Shown in pieces: positions 41,206-49,543 of a stretch of 64,000 nucleotides of DNA (the first letter of the stretch is position 1; each line of letters starts with the position of its first letter). Location of the stretch: positions 20,575 through 84,574 of the forward strand of contig JAEEKE010000030.1 of assembly GCA_016282255.1 (NCBI GenBank), in the 5' to 3' direction. The DNA is from Bacillota bacterium (GTDB lineage Bacteria > Bacillota > Clostridia > Christensenellales > CAG-138). Made by a program: the position numbers and the translations under genes. Below the pieces are notes generated by a model. The model searched no databases and was not told the DNA's origin. It saw only the letters and a list, made by a program, of their open reading frames with translations.

Positions 41206-42109
41206 CTGCCGTCCGTTTTTTCAGTTCAAAGCTCTTCCCGAATTCAAAATCGTATTTATCCGGCGTGAACTGCACGTATCCGCTCCACGGATAAAACGTC
41301 AGCTCGCCGAAATAGATCTTTCCCCCAACGTTGTAGAGATCGACACGCACGAACGGGAAGTCCTCGGAAAGGATCGCCGCCACGCGGAGCATCTCCTTAA
41401 GGTTCTCCGGTTTTTCGATGTTTCGGTCGATAGCAGGACAGTCGCTCGTGATCCCGAGGTCGTTCCATTCAGTATCGTAGAAATTCCGCTTATGCCCCTT
41501 ATACCGGTCGACGTCGACGATTATGCATTCGGGTTTCCCGGCATAGCAGAGCAGCTTATAATCGTTTACGCCCGCATCTGGATCCTCTTCATTGATAAGC
41601 AGCTCTTCGCAGATGATCCCCTTTTTGATCCCGTAATAGGCCCATTCCCGGCCGCCGCCCTTCGGTTCCACTTCCGTACCGCTGAAAGAGAATCGGTCGG
41701 TGATATCCTCAATATCCAGCTGCGATTTATCGCGGCAGATCTCGATAGAGAGCCCGCCGGCGCCGTGCGTGGTCTTGAGCACGAAAGCGTCGGGCAAGGC
41801 CTCCCAGTCGACATCGCCGATCGAATCGTACCTTCCGTACAGCTTGACAAGCGTATCGCCGAGGCCCTTGCTTCGGACGTATTCACGGACCGCATACTTG
41901 TCCACGCAAGTGTGCATCACGGGGTCCTTATAGTTAAGCTTGTACCACTGCAGCTTTTCGGTAAAGCGCTCCGGGTGGGCGAGATGCAGTCCGCGATGCA
42001 GTTTTATCCTGTACTGAAGCCTCAGCATCATCGGATCGGGGATGAAGCTCAGTATTCTCAGTATCCTTTCGCGTGACGACCGTGTTTTGAACAGCTTTTT
42101 ATAGTCCAT
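41195..42109 (-). CDS. TupA-like ATP-grasp protein
   Basis: 304 aa. DKYAVREYV, LPDAFVLKTTHGAGG, LCYAGKPECIIVDVDR, RNFYDTEWN and FVRVDLYNVGGKIYFGELTFYPWSG are hallmark ATPgrasp_TupA motifs. Confidence 0.85.
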   Translation of the reverse strand: MDYKKLFKTRSSRERILRILSFIPDPMMLRLQYRIKLHRGLHLAHPERFTEKLQWYKLNYKDPVMHTCVDKYAVREYVRSKGLGDTLVKLYGRYDSIGDVDWEALPDAFVLKTTHGAGGLSIEICRDKSQLDIEDITDRFSFSGTEVEPKGGGREWAYYGIKKGIICEELLINEEDPDAGVNDYKLLCYAGKPECIIVDVDRYKGHKRNFYDTEWNDLGITSDCPAIDRNIEKPENLKEMLRVAAILSEDFPFVRVDLYNVGGKIYFGELTFYPWSGYVQFTPDKYDFEFGKSFELKKRTADED

Positions 42110-43203
42110 CAGTCTTTAAGAATGCTCTCTATTGCATCAAGATACTTCGCTACAACTATTCTCCTGTCGAATTCGCGTTCGACCTTTCTTCTTCCCGCAA
42201 GTCCCATCTCCCTGCGCTGCTCCCAAGGAAGCGCAATGAACTTTTCCATTTTGGCGATCAGGTCCTCGCTTGAACGCTGTTTCACGACAAAACCGTTGAC
42301 TCCGTCCTCAATGATCTCGCGGCAGCCGGCGCGGTCGGTGGTGATGATCGGGCGACCGCTCGCACAGCTTTCGAGCAGCACATTGCTCATGCCCTCGGGA
42401 TAATAGGTCGGGTGCACGGTGCAGCTTGAAAGGCGGTAGACGGAGACGGCGTCGTTTGTGAAACCGTGGTAAACAATTGTGCCGTTCTCATTCAGTTTAT
42501 CGATTCGTTCTTTGAATTCCGGCGTGCAGTCGCCGAAAACATGAAACGCCGTATTGGAATAATTCGCGCGGATATACTCGGCCGCGTCGAGATATTGCCC
42601 TATGCCTTTTTCCCTCAGCAGTCGGGACATCATCACGAAATCAACGGTCTCCCCCTCCGGATAGTCAAGGAGTGCGAAGCGTTCGAGATTTACGCCCGAG
42701 CCCGGAAGCAGATCGTATTCGCCGCTCACAACGTGCTTTTTGAGCATGAAATCACGGTTTTCGGTATTCTGGAAAAAGACCATATCCGCTTTGCGCAGCC
42801 CGTGCCTGTAGAGCGGCAGGGTGATCTTCTGCATAAGGCCCCCGTTTTCGACGGCCGTGCCGAGACCTGTGATATTGGCGATGTACGGCACCTTGAGCGC
42901 TGCGCAAGCCATGCCCGCATAGACGTTCGGCTTTATGGTGTAGGTCAGCACCACATCGGGTTTTTCGGTCCGGATCAGTTTCTTGTACTCACCGGCAAGC
43001 TTCAGCTCGGCAAAAGGATTTGTGCCGTGGAAATCGAGCTCCGTTTCCAGCACCCTGCATCCAAGGGCCTGCAGCTCCGGACCCGACCCGTTGTTTTTTG
43101 CGCAAACTGTCACGGAGTATTTTTCAAGAAGCGCTTCTATCACTTCGCGTCGAAAAATATAGAGTCCGTTGGAAGCGTTGCCGATCAAAAAAACCTTCTT
43201 CAT
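42109..43203 (-). CDS. Glycosyltransferase family 4 (PglA-like)
   Basis: 364 aa. N-terminus MKKVFLIGNASNGLYIFRREVIEAL. The C-terminal PEGMSNVLLESCASGRPIITTD carries the GT4 EX7E region. Sits next to pglC/D/E-like genes. Confidence 0.85.
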   Translation of the reverse strand: MKKVFLIGNASNGLYIFRREVIEALLEKYSVTVCAKNNGSGPELQALGCRVLETELDFHGTNPFAELKLAGEYKKLIRTEKPDVVLTYTIKPNVYAGMACAALKVPYIANITGLGTAVENGGLMQKITLPLYRHGLRKADMVFFQNTENRDFMLKKHVVSGEYDLLPGSGVNLERFALLDYPEGETVDFVMMSRLLREKGIGQYLDAAEYIRANYSNTAFHVFGDCTPEFKERIDKLNENGTIVYHGFTNDAVSVYRLSSCTVHPTYYPEGMSNVLLESCASGRPIITTDRAGCREIIEDGVNGFVVKQRSSEDLIAKMEKFIALPWEQRREMGLAGRRKVEREFDRRIVVAKYLDAIESILKD

Positions 43204-43255
43204 TTGCTGTTCCTCAAAGCCTATGATTTGCCGCTTTTTCTCTGCCGCTTGACTG

Positions 43256-43900
43256 TCAATGAAACTTTATCGGTTTAGCCGGAATACCGACTGCGGTACA
43301 GTTCGCAGGGATATCTCTGACTACGACCGCTCCCGCGCCGATTATGGAGCGCTCACCGACCGTTTTCCCCTGAATTATCTGCGTGCCGGTGCCCATCTCC
43401 GCGCATCTGCCGATACGCGTATTGCCCGAAATATTGACAGACGGATACAGGGTAACAAAATCATCGAGCACCGCATCATGTCCGACAGTGCAGCCCGGAT
43501 TAATGATAACATGGTCGCCGATCGAAATATTGACCGTGATGCTGTTTCTAAAGAAAATGACGGTCCCTTCGCCGATCGAAACGAAGTCCGATATGATAGC
43601 GGAAGGATCGATAAGTGTTGCAAACCTGCACTCCGGGCAAATCGTCCTGACCTTATTTACGATCCTTTCCCTTACAGCCGCCGCGCCTATTGCGCAGACA
43701 AAACAGGCACCTTCGAATCTTGCCGCATCGCTGATATTGCCCGCAACGCCATATCCGTTCAGCTGCCTGTTAAGAAGTTCCTCATTATCATCAAGAAACC
43801 CGATAAGGTTCCATTGGGGCGTAACAGAATTGATCCTCTCTACCAGCCAGGCGACTTCGCGACCCAAACCGCCCGCGCCCAGAATCAACAGATCCTTCAT
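43256..43900 (-). CDS. NeuD/PglD-family sugar N-acetyltransferase (left-handed beta-helix)
   Basis: 214 aa. MKDLLILGAGGLGREVAWLV is an N-terminal Rossmann-like domain. Hexapeptide repeats occupy the C-terminal half. Confidence 0.85.
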   Translation of the reverse strand: MKDLLILGAGGLGREVAWLVERINSVTPQWNLIGFLDDNEELLNRQLNGYGVAGNISDAARFEGACFVCAIGAAAVRERIVNKVRTICPECRFATLIDPSAIISDFVSIGEGTVIFFRNSITVNISIGDHVIINPGCTVGHDAVLDDFVTLYPSVNISGNTRIGRCAEMGTGTQIIQGKTVGERSIIGAGAVVVRDIPANCTAVGIPAKPIKFH

Positions 43901-43936
43901 TTTGTCTCCTTGTCTGCACCGTAAGTGTTTATGTGA

Positions 43937-44590
43937 TCACGTGCCTGCTTGTCCGCTGCCCATAAACTCCTCCATCGTCGCCGATGTTTCGGAGCTTATC
44001 CCCTCGCGTTTCAAAACCGTTTTTATCGTATTGAGCACTATCGAGCAATCCCCGAGGAACGTTATCCGCTCGACGTACCTAACGTCCCAATCGAATTTTT
44101 CTTCCCACGTTATGCTGTTTCTGCCGTGTATCTGAGCAAGCCCCGTTATACCGGGCCTGACCTCATGACGCCTTGCCTGATGCTCGTTGTATCTTTCAAG
44201 GTAGCGGACCAAAAGCGGCCGCGGCCCGACTATTGCCATATCTCCCTTAAGAATATTGATAAGCTCCGGAAGCTCGTCGATCGATAATGCCCGGCAAGCC
44301 CTTCCAAACCGATTAAGCCGTTTTTCGTCCGGCAGCAGGACTCCGTTTTCGTCCTTCCTGTTTGACATCGTGCGGAACTTGATGAGCCTGAATATCTTCG
44401 CTTTTCCGTCCCTGCCTATCCGCCCCGGTCTTGGCTGCACAAAAAACGGATTCCCTTTCATCGCGATCGCTCCCGTTATCGTGAGGATCAGCAAAAGAGG
44501 CGACAGCACGATAAGCGATACCAACGCGATAAGGAAATCCAATGGGTGTTTTATGAAAGCCTCATACGGGCCGTTCGGTTTATGATTCAT
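43937..44590 (-). CDS. PglC-like small phosphoglycosyl transferase (second initiating transferase in the window)
   Basis: 217 aa. LDFLIALVSLIVLSPLLLILTI, FFVQPRPG, IKFRTM, DELPELINILKGDMAIVGPRP and RPGITGLAQI. Confidence 0.9.
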   Translation of the reverse strand: MNHKPNGPYEAFIKHPLDFLIALVSLIVLSPLLLILTITGAIAMKGNPFFVQPRPGRIGRDGKAKIFRLIKFRTMSNRKDENGVLLPDEKRLNRFGRACRALSIDELPELINILKGDMAIVGPRPLLVRYLERYNEHQARRHEVRPGITGLAQIHGRNSITWEEKFDWDVRYVERITFLGDCSIVLNTIKTVLKREGISSETSATMEEFMGSGQAGT

Positions 44591-44598
44591 TTCGTTTC

Positions 44599-45855
44599 TT
44601 ACATAAAGCAGCGATGCACTATCTCAATGATACTGTCCATCTGTTCCGCGGTCATTTTATTGTCGCTGGGCAGGCAGAGGCCGCGCTCGAAGATATCGGC
44701 GCTGACGTCGCCGTGCACCGAAACGAAGGGGTTTTCACTGTAAATAGGCTGCAGATGCATGGGCTTCCAGATGGGCCTGCCCTCGGCGTTGAATGCGCTC
44801 AGCGCCTCCAGGATCTCCGTGGGGCAGCTCCTGCCCTTCTCTGTGGAATAGGTCGCCGCCGTGTCCGTGCGGGACTGGAAGCACATCGCTGCCCGATCGA
44901 TCAACAGGCAGGAGAGCCAGAAATTCGGGGAGGAATTCACGGCGTCGTACGGATTCATCCTGACGGGCAGATCGGCAAAACCCTTTTTGTAGCGCTGATA
45001 ATTAGCTTTTTTCTGAGCCAGGTGCTCCTCGGCATGGGGAAGCTGACCGCGGACCACGCCGGCGATGATATTGCTCATGCGGTAGTTGTATCCGAGCTCG
45101 GCATGCTGATACCAAGGCGCCGCCTCGCGGGCCTGCGTGGACCATTTGCGTGCTTTCGCCGCCCATGCGGGATCATCGGTGATGATCATTCCGCCGCTCG
45201 ACCCGGTAATGAGCTTGTTGCCGTTCCAGCTGAACACCGAGATATCTCCGAAGCAGCCGGTCTGGACCCCTTTATAGGTGGATAGGAAGGACTCGGCGGC
45301 GTCCTCGATGAGGAGCGCGCCGTGCGCTTTGCAGACGGCCCTGAGCTCGTCGACCTTCGCGGGTATGCCATAGAGATGCGCGAGCATGACGAGACGAACC
45401 TCCGGATACAGTTCGAACGCCTTTTCAAGCGCCTCGGGATCCATATTCCAGGTTTCGGGTTCGGTATCGATGAACACGGCCTCGCCGCCCTCGTAGGCGA
45501 TCGGGTTCGCGGTCGCGTCGAAGGTCATGTCCGTGCAGAAAACGCGCTTTCCTTCAAGTGAACCGTGCCCTGTTTTCGGTATGCCATAGAGCTCCTGCGC
45601 AAGGATACGCACAGCAAGATGAAGCGCCGCCGTGCCGGAACTCAGACCGACGGCATAGCCGCGGCCGGTGAGCTTGGCTATCTCTGCCTCGACGACGTTT
45701 ATGTTTTCGCCGACGGTCGAGACCCAATTGGTTTTGATAGCTTCAACGACCCATCTTTCATCATCGCCATGCATCGTCGGAGTGGAGAGATTGAGCCTTT
45801 TTTCAAAAGGTTCTATCCCTGCAAACCGTTCATCTTTCAAATAGTCTTCCTTCAT
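44599..45855 (-). CDS. DegT/DnrJ/EryC1/StrS-family sugar aminotransferase (PglE-like)
   Basis: The ORF track gives 44599..45948. The preferred ATG is 45855 (MKEDYLKD...). PLP-enzyme pattern SGTAALHLA and FSWNGNKLITGSSGGMI (Lys). Confidence 0.85.
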   Translation of the reverse strand: MKEDYLKDERFAGIEPFEKRLNLSTPTMHGDDERWVVEAIKTNWVSTVGENINVVEAEIAKLTGRGYAVGLSSGTAALHLAVRILAQELYGIPKTGHGSLEGKRVFCTDMTFDATANPIAYEGGEAVFIDTEPETWNMDPEALEKAFELYPEVRLVMLAHLYGIPAKVDELRAVCKAHGALLIEDAAESFLSTYKGVQTGCFGDISVFSWNGNKLITGSSGGMIITDDPAWAAKARKWSTQAREAAPWYQHAELGYNYRMSNIIAGVVRGQLPHAEEHLAQKKANYQRYKKGFADLPVRMNPYDAVNSSPNFWLSCLLIDRAAMCFQSRTDTAATYSTEKGRSCPTEILEALSAFNAEGRPIWKPMHLQPIYSENPFVSVHGDVSADIFERGLCLPSDNKMTAEQMDSIIEIVHRCFM

Positions 45856-45980
45856 ACAAAGCTTCTTCTCTGCCCTTTTCTCTGTTGATCCGGTGCTTTC
45901 GGGCAATGGGGATTCGGATAACGCTTTTGATCGTTCTGCGGCCCACACATTGTATATGCAGGTGCATAAATAATCACTTT

Positions 45981-46009
45981 ATTATATCATGTAAGCAATT
46001 TATTGTCAA
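45981..46009 (-). promoter_or_regulatory. Perfect consensus SigA promoter TTGACA-N17-TATAAT for the pglE-to-flippase operon
   Basis: Minus strand: TTGACA at 46009-46004, 17-nt spacer, TATAAT at 45986-45981. About 120-nt leader to the ATG at 45855. Confidence 0.7.
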
Positions 46010-46027
46010 TCACGGTGAACTCCGAAG

Positions 46028-46870
46028 CTATGATCCCGCGGATGAGTTTTTATTATTATCATCCTTCGTTTTTAGCGTGCCGCGAGGGTCGAGCGGTCTG
46101 AAGGTGATAAAAAAGCGTTCCCCGTTCGCCGACACGGCGAAAACGCCTCCCGATCGAGGTATGCCCATCGGCTGCCGTGCTCTCCCGATGCGCACCGCTG
46201 TTGCCGAGAATATTCTTCCGCGCAGCTTTACCGTACCCTCGAGCGAGCCGTCCGGGGCTTTATGCCAGACGGAGCCCGGGAAGCGCCGCGGGAAGGGGTT
46301 CCACGCAGGGCGGGCCGGATCTGCTTCCCGATCGTTGGTCTGCGGTCCCGGAGGGATCGAAACGCTTTCCTTCGTTTCTTCAGCCCCGTCCTCCGCATCC
46401 GGCGCATGGTTTTTCACCGGCATGCCGAACAGCTCGTTCGCCTCTGACACTATCCTATGCGTCACCGGCGAACGGATCATCGGCGGCGGTTCGGCCGGCG
46501 GTTCGGCTCCGTTTGACCGTATTTCGGACGGTCCCGTCCGTTCCGCGGTCACGGCTGCCCCGGCCGCAGTCAGCCTCAGCCTGTTCAGCAGCTGCTCCGC
46601 TTCTTTGGGGTCGTTCCCGCTCTTTTCGCAGGCATAGCTCCGGCCATCGTCCAGTACCAGCGCTTTGACGTTTTTCATGTGCGTTCGGCCTTTGAGTGCA
46701 GTGAGCCCGATCCGCTCCTCCGCCCTGCCGTCGGAAACAAAACCGATCATACTGTCGGTCTGTTGAAGAGGCCGCCCCCTGAGGCGAAGCTCGACCGCGG
46801 TCCCGTCGTCGCGCTCATCCAGTATCACAAAGCCGGCCAGGCTGCCGTGCAGGTTCAGAAAGCGAAGCAT
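46028..46870 (-). CDS. Hypothetical protein (Pro/Ala/Gly-rich centre, no recognisable domain)
   Basis: 280-aa ORF with no signal peptide or TM. Coding orientation matches the flanking genes. It ends 19 nt before the -35 element of the downstream promoter. Confidence 0.5.
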   Translation of the reverse strand: MLRFLNLHGSLAGFVILDERDDGTAVELRLRGRPLQQTDSMIGFVSDGRAEERIGLTALKGRTHMKNVKALVLDDGRSYACEKSGNDPKEAEQLLNRLRLTAAGAAVTAERTGPSEIRSNGAEPPAEPPPMIRSPVTHRIVSEANELFGMPVKNHAPDAEDGAEETKESVSIPPGPQTNDREADPARPAWNPFPRRFPGSVWHKAPDGSLEGTVKLRGRIFSATAVRIGRARQPMGIPRSGGVFAVSANGERFFITFRPLDPRGTLKTKDDNNKNSSAGS

Positions 46871-46957
46871 ATAAAGCCCTCCCGCATTGATGATATGCGG
46901 GAGGGTCGGTTTTCTTGCTTTATGCCGATGTTTAGTTATGCGCTTCTCAGGGTGATG

Positions 46958-48070
46958 TCAGTGAGTGCCGTAGATGTATTCATGGAGCTTATCGCGGTTG
47001 GCGGGGATGTCGATATGGATAACGGCCATCCTGCCCTCCCAGGCATACCTCCATGTGCCTTCGAAAGGCATCGCTCTGTTGGCGAGGTCTACCCTTTCAC
47101 CGAAAGCTACGTCGATGCCGAGCGAAATGATCTGCGAAGGGCTCATGTTCGTTTCAACGTTATCCATCAGGCTGTAGATCGTTGAGATCAGGGTCGATAT
47201 GTTGCGGATCTTCATCGCCTGATTGTAGAGCGCGTACATGACCTTGCGCTGGCGCTCGGTCCTCGACCAGTCCACGTTGCCGATCCTACGGTTGCGCGCG
47301 TGGCGCAGCGTCTGCGCTCCGTTGAGATGATGCCATCCCGCGACCGACGGGATATTGCTGCCTGTTCCCTTGTTGATGTAATCGATCTCGCGTTCGGTCA
47401 GCTCTATGTCGATGCCGCCCATCTTATCCACTATCTCCTTGAGGTTTTCAAAATCGACGCGCAGATAGTACTGGATATCCATGTCGAAATTTGTATTGAT
47501 GGTGTTTATGGTCAGACCGGGCCCGCCGAACTGATAAGCGGCGTTGATCCTGTTCCACTTATCGCGGCCGGGGATGTAGATCCAGGTATCGCGCAGGATG
47601 GAGATCAGCTTTATCTGTCTCGTTGTCTTATTGAAGGACAGGATCATCGTGGAGTCGGATCGCCCGTGATCATACTGCTCCTGCTTGTCGATGCCGATCA
47701 GCAGTATGTTTATCACGTTTTTATCGATCGCATCGCGCTGGAAGATGCTGTCGAATCCGAACTCAAAGTCGTCGATATCGGGATCGTAATCCTCGGTGAG
47801 ATCGAGCTTATCCGGATCGTCGATATCTACGAGCTCGGGCGGTTCCGCCGTTACGGAGGGCAGGTTCGAAGGCATCGGAATGGTGCCGACCTTATTGTTG
47901 CTCATTCCTTTGAGCTTGATGTAAAAGAACAGCACGACGCCAAGGATCAGCGCAAGCAAGATGCCGAGGATGATGAGCAGCACCGGCGCTTTGCGTTTTT
48001 TCTTTTTATCGTTTCCGTTTTCGTTTGCATCCCCGCCGATGGGGGCGCTGTTGTTTTCGGTTATCTCCAT
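46958..48070 (-). CDS. LytR-CpsA-Psr (LCP) family glycopolymer-to-peptidoglycan ligase
   Basis: 370 aa. One TM (VLLIILGILLALILGVVLFFYI). NILLIGIDK...GRSDSTMILSFN...ILRDTW and RINAAYQFGG are LCP hallmarks. Confidence 0.9.
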   Translation of the reverse strand: MEITENNSAPIGGDANENGNDKKKKRKAPVLLIILGILLALILGVVLFFYIKLKGMSNNKVGTIPMPSNLPSVTAEPPELVDIDDPDKLDLTEDYDPDIDDFEFGFDSIFQRDAIDKNVINILLIGIDKQEQYDHGRSDSTMILSFNKTTRQIKLISILRDTWIYIPGRDKWNRINAAYQFGGPGLTINTINTNFDMDIQYYLRVDFENLKEIVDKMGGIDIELTEREIDYINKGTGSNIPSVAGWHHLNGAQTLRHARNRRIGNVDWSRTERQRKVMYALYNQAMKIRNISTLISTIYSLMDNVETNMSPSQIISLGIDVAFGERVDLANRAMPFEGTWRYAWEGRMAVIHIDIPANRDKLHEYIYGTH

Positions 48071-48225
48071 ATTTTTCCTTTCTTAGGATCGGACGCCTCA
48101 GAGCATTGAAAGCCGGCATCCGAGCGTTGCTATTCTATCATATAGAACGAATAAAGTACAGCATTCGGTTTATTTTTATTCACAATATAATGTTTCGCAG
48201 CGGCACGGTACCGCCGCCTTCCATA

Positions 48226-48254
48226 TTGAATACCCGGCGAAACTATGCTATTAT
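48226..48254 (+). promoter_or_regulatory. Candidate promoter TTGAAT-N17-TATTAT with extended -10 TG
   Basis: TTGAAT at 48226-48231, TGC at 48246-48248, TATTAT at 48249-48254. About 55 nt upstream of the ATG at 48310. Confidence 0.45.
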
Positions 48255-48309
48255 CTATTCGGTACAGGCGCGATCGAGGGCGCCGTACGGAACGGAATGG
48301 AGCGGTAAC

Positions 48310-49497
48310 ATGCTTGACGCTAATGAAAAAGCGGTGCTCAGCCTGCTGTGTGCGGGCATCGGCAGGGACGGAAAAGAGTTCGGCGCGTATAACGAAGCCG
48401 AGCTTGATCCTTCGCGCATCGCAAAACTGCTTGCATCAGGAGGCGTCGTCACCACGGTCTATGATAAACTCGATATCCTCGGGACCGGCATCGGCGCAAA
48501 GCTTCGCGGCCTGCTTGAACAGAGCTATTATGCCGCCGTCACCCAGGCCATGCTTCAGGACAGCGAGGGGAAGCGAATGCTTGCCGCGTTCGAAGCCGCC
48601 GGAATGGACTGCATCCCGCTCAAGGGCTGGGAGCTGCGGGAGCTCTATCCCGATATCACCCGCCGCACGATGGCGGATATCGACATCCTTATCCGTGATC
48701 TCGATTACGCCGCCGTCGCTTCCGTTATGAAGGGCCTCGGATACGCAGCCGAGGGAGACAGCTCATGGAAGCACGTTGATTTTACCCGTGCGGATATCGG
48801 CGTGACCGCGGAGCTGCATCGGCGCCTTACCGATGACAGCGGCGCCGTTATGGAGTGGGAGGAAACGATCTTCTCCGGCGCCTCCCCCGTCCCCGGGCAC
48901 GAACACCTTATGAGGATGAACGATGAGGATTTCTATACCTTCCACGTGCTGCACCTTCATAAGGACCTTTTGAACGGCCGCATCGGGCTCAAGCGCATAC
49001 TCGATACCAGGCTTTATCTCGACGCTCACCCGGAGCTTGACAGAGCACTGCTCGAAGACCGTTTTGAAAGGATGGGCGTGGGAGGATTTGCGCGCAGCAT
49101 GGAGAAGCTTTCCGCCGTTTGCTTTGCCGATGAAGCGATGGATGAGGACAGCGAGCTGCTTATCGGCTTTGCGCTCTCCTCCGGCGTTTTCGGCACGGAG
49201 GAAACCTATAAGCTCGGCAGGATAACGCGCATGGCCTCCGGCTCGGTCGGAAGCGGCAAGCTTCGTTCGGTGCTCGCCGCGGTGTTCCTGCCGTATCCGA
49301 GGATGAAGGCGCAGTTCCCAAAGCTGAAAAAAGCGCCTTTTCTGCTGCCCTACTATTGGTGCGTGCGGCTCTTTAACCTCAGAAGCGGGCTGAAGGCTAA
49401 GCTCAAAAGGCTCGATTACAGCGGCATAGGCGAGGAGGACCGCCGGTATATGCAGGAGGTCTTCCGTGCCGCCGGCGTTTCCGGCAGGAGCGTTTGA
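48310..49497 (+). CDS. Uncharacterised nucleotidyltransferase family protein (NTP_transf_5-like), copy 2
   Basis: The ORF track gives 48025..49497. The preferred ATG is 48310 (MLDANEKAVLSLL...). IPLKGWELRELYPDITRRTMADIDILIRDLDY and FHVLHLHKDLLNGRIGLKRILD parallel copy 1. Confidence 0.7.
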   Translation: MLDANEKAVLSLLCAGIGRDGKEFGAYNEAELDPSRIAKLLASGGVVTTVYDKLDILGTGIGAKLRGLLEQSYYAAVTQAMLQDSEGKRMLAAFEAAGMDCIPLKGWELRELYPDITRRTMADIDILIRDLDYAAVASVMKGLGYAAEGDSSWKHVDFTRADIGVTAELHRRLTDDSGAVMEWEETIFSGASPVPGHEHLMRMNDEDFYTFHVLHLHKDLLNGRIGLKRILDTRLYLDAHPELDRALLEDRFERMGVGGFARSMEKLSAVCFADEAMDEDSELLIGFALSSGVFGTEETYKLGRITRMASGSVGSGKLRSVLAAVFLPYPRMKAQFPKLKKAPFLLPYYWCVRLFNLRSGLKAKLKRLDYSGIGEEDRRYMQEVFRAAGVSGRSV

Positions 49498-49543
49498 TAC
49501 TGACCCGATATGATTTCGGACCGCGAGAGCGGTCCGTTTTTTA

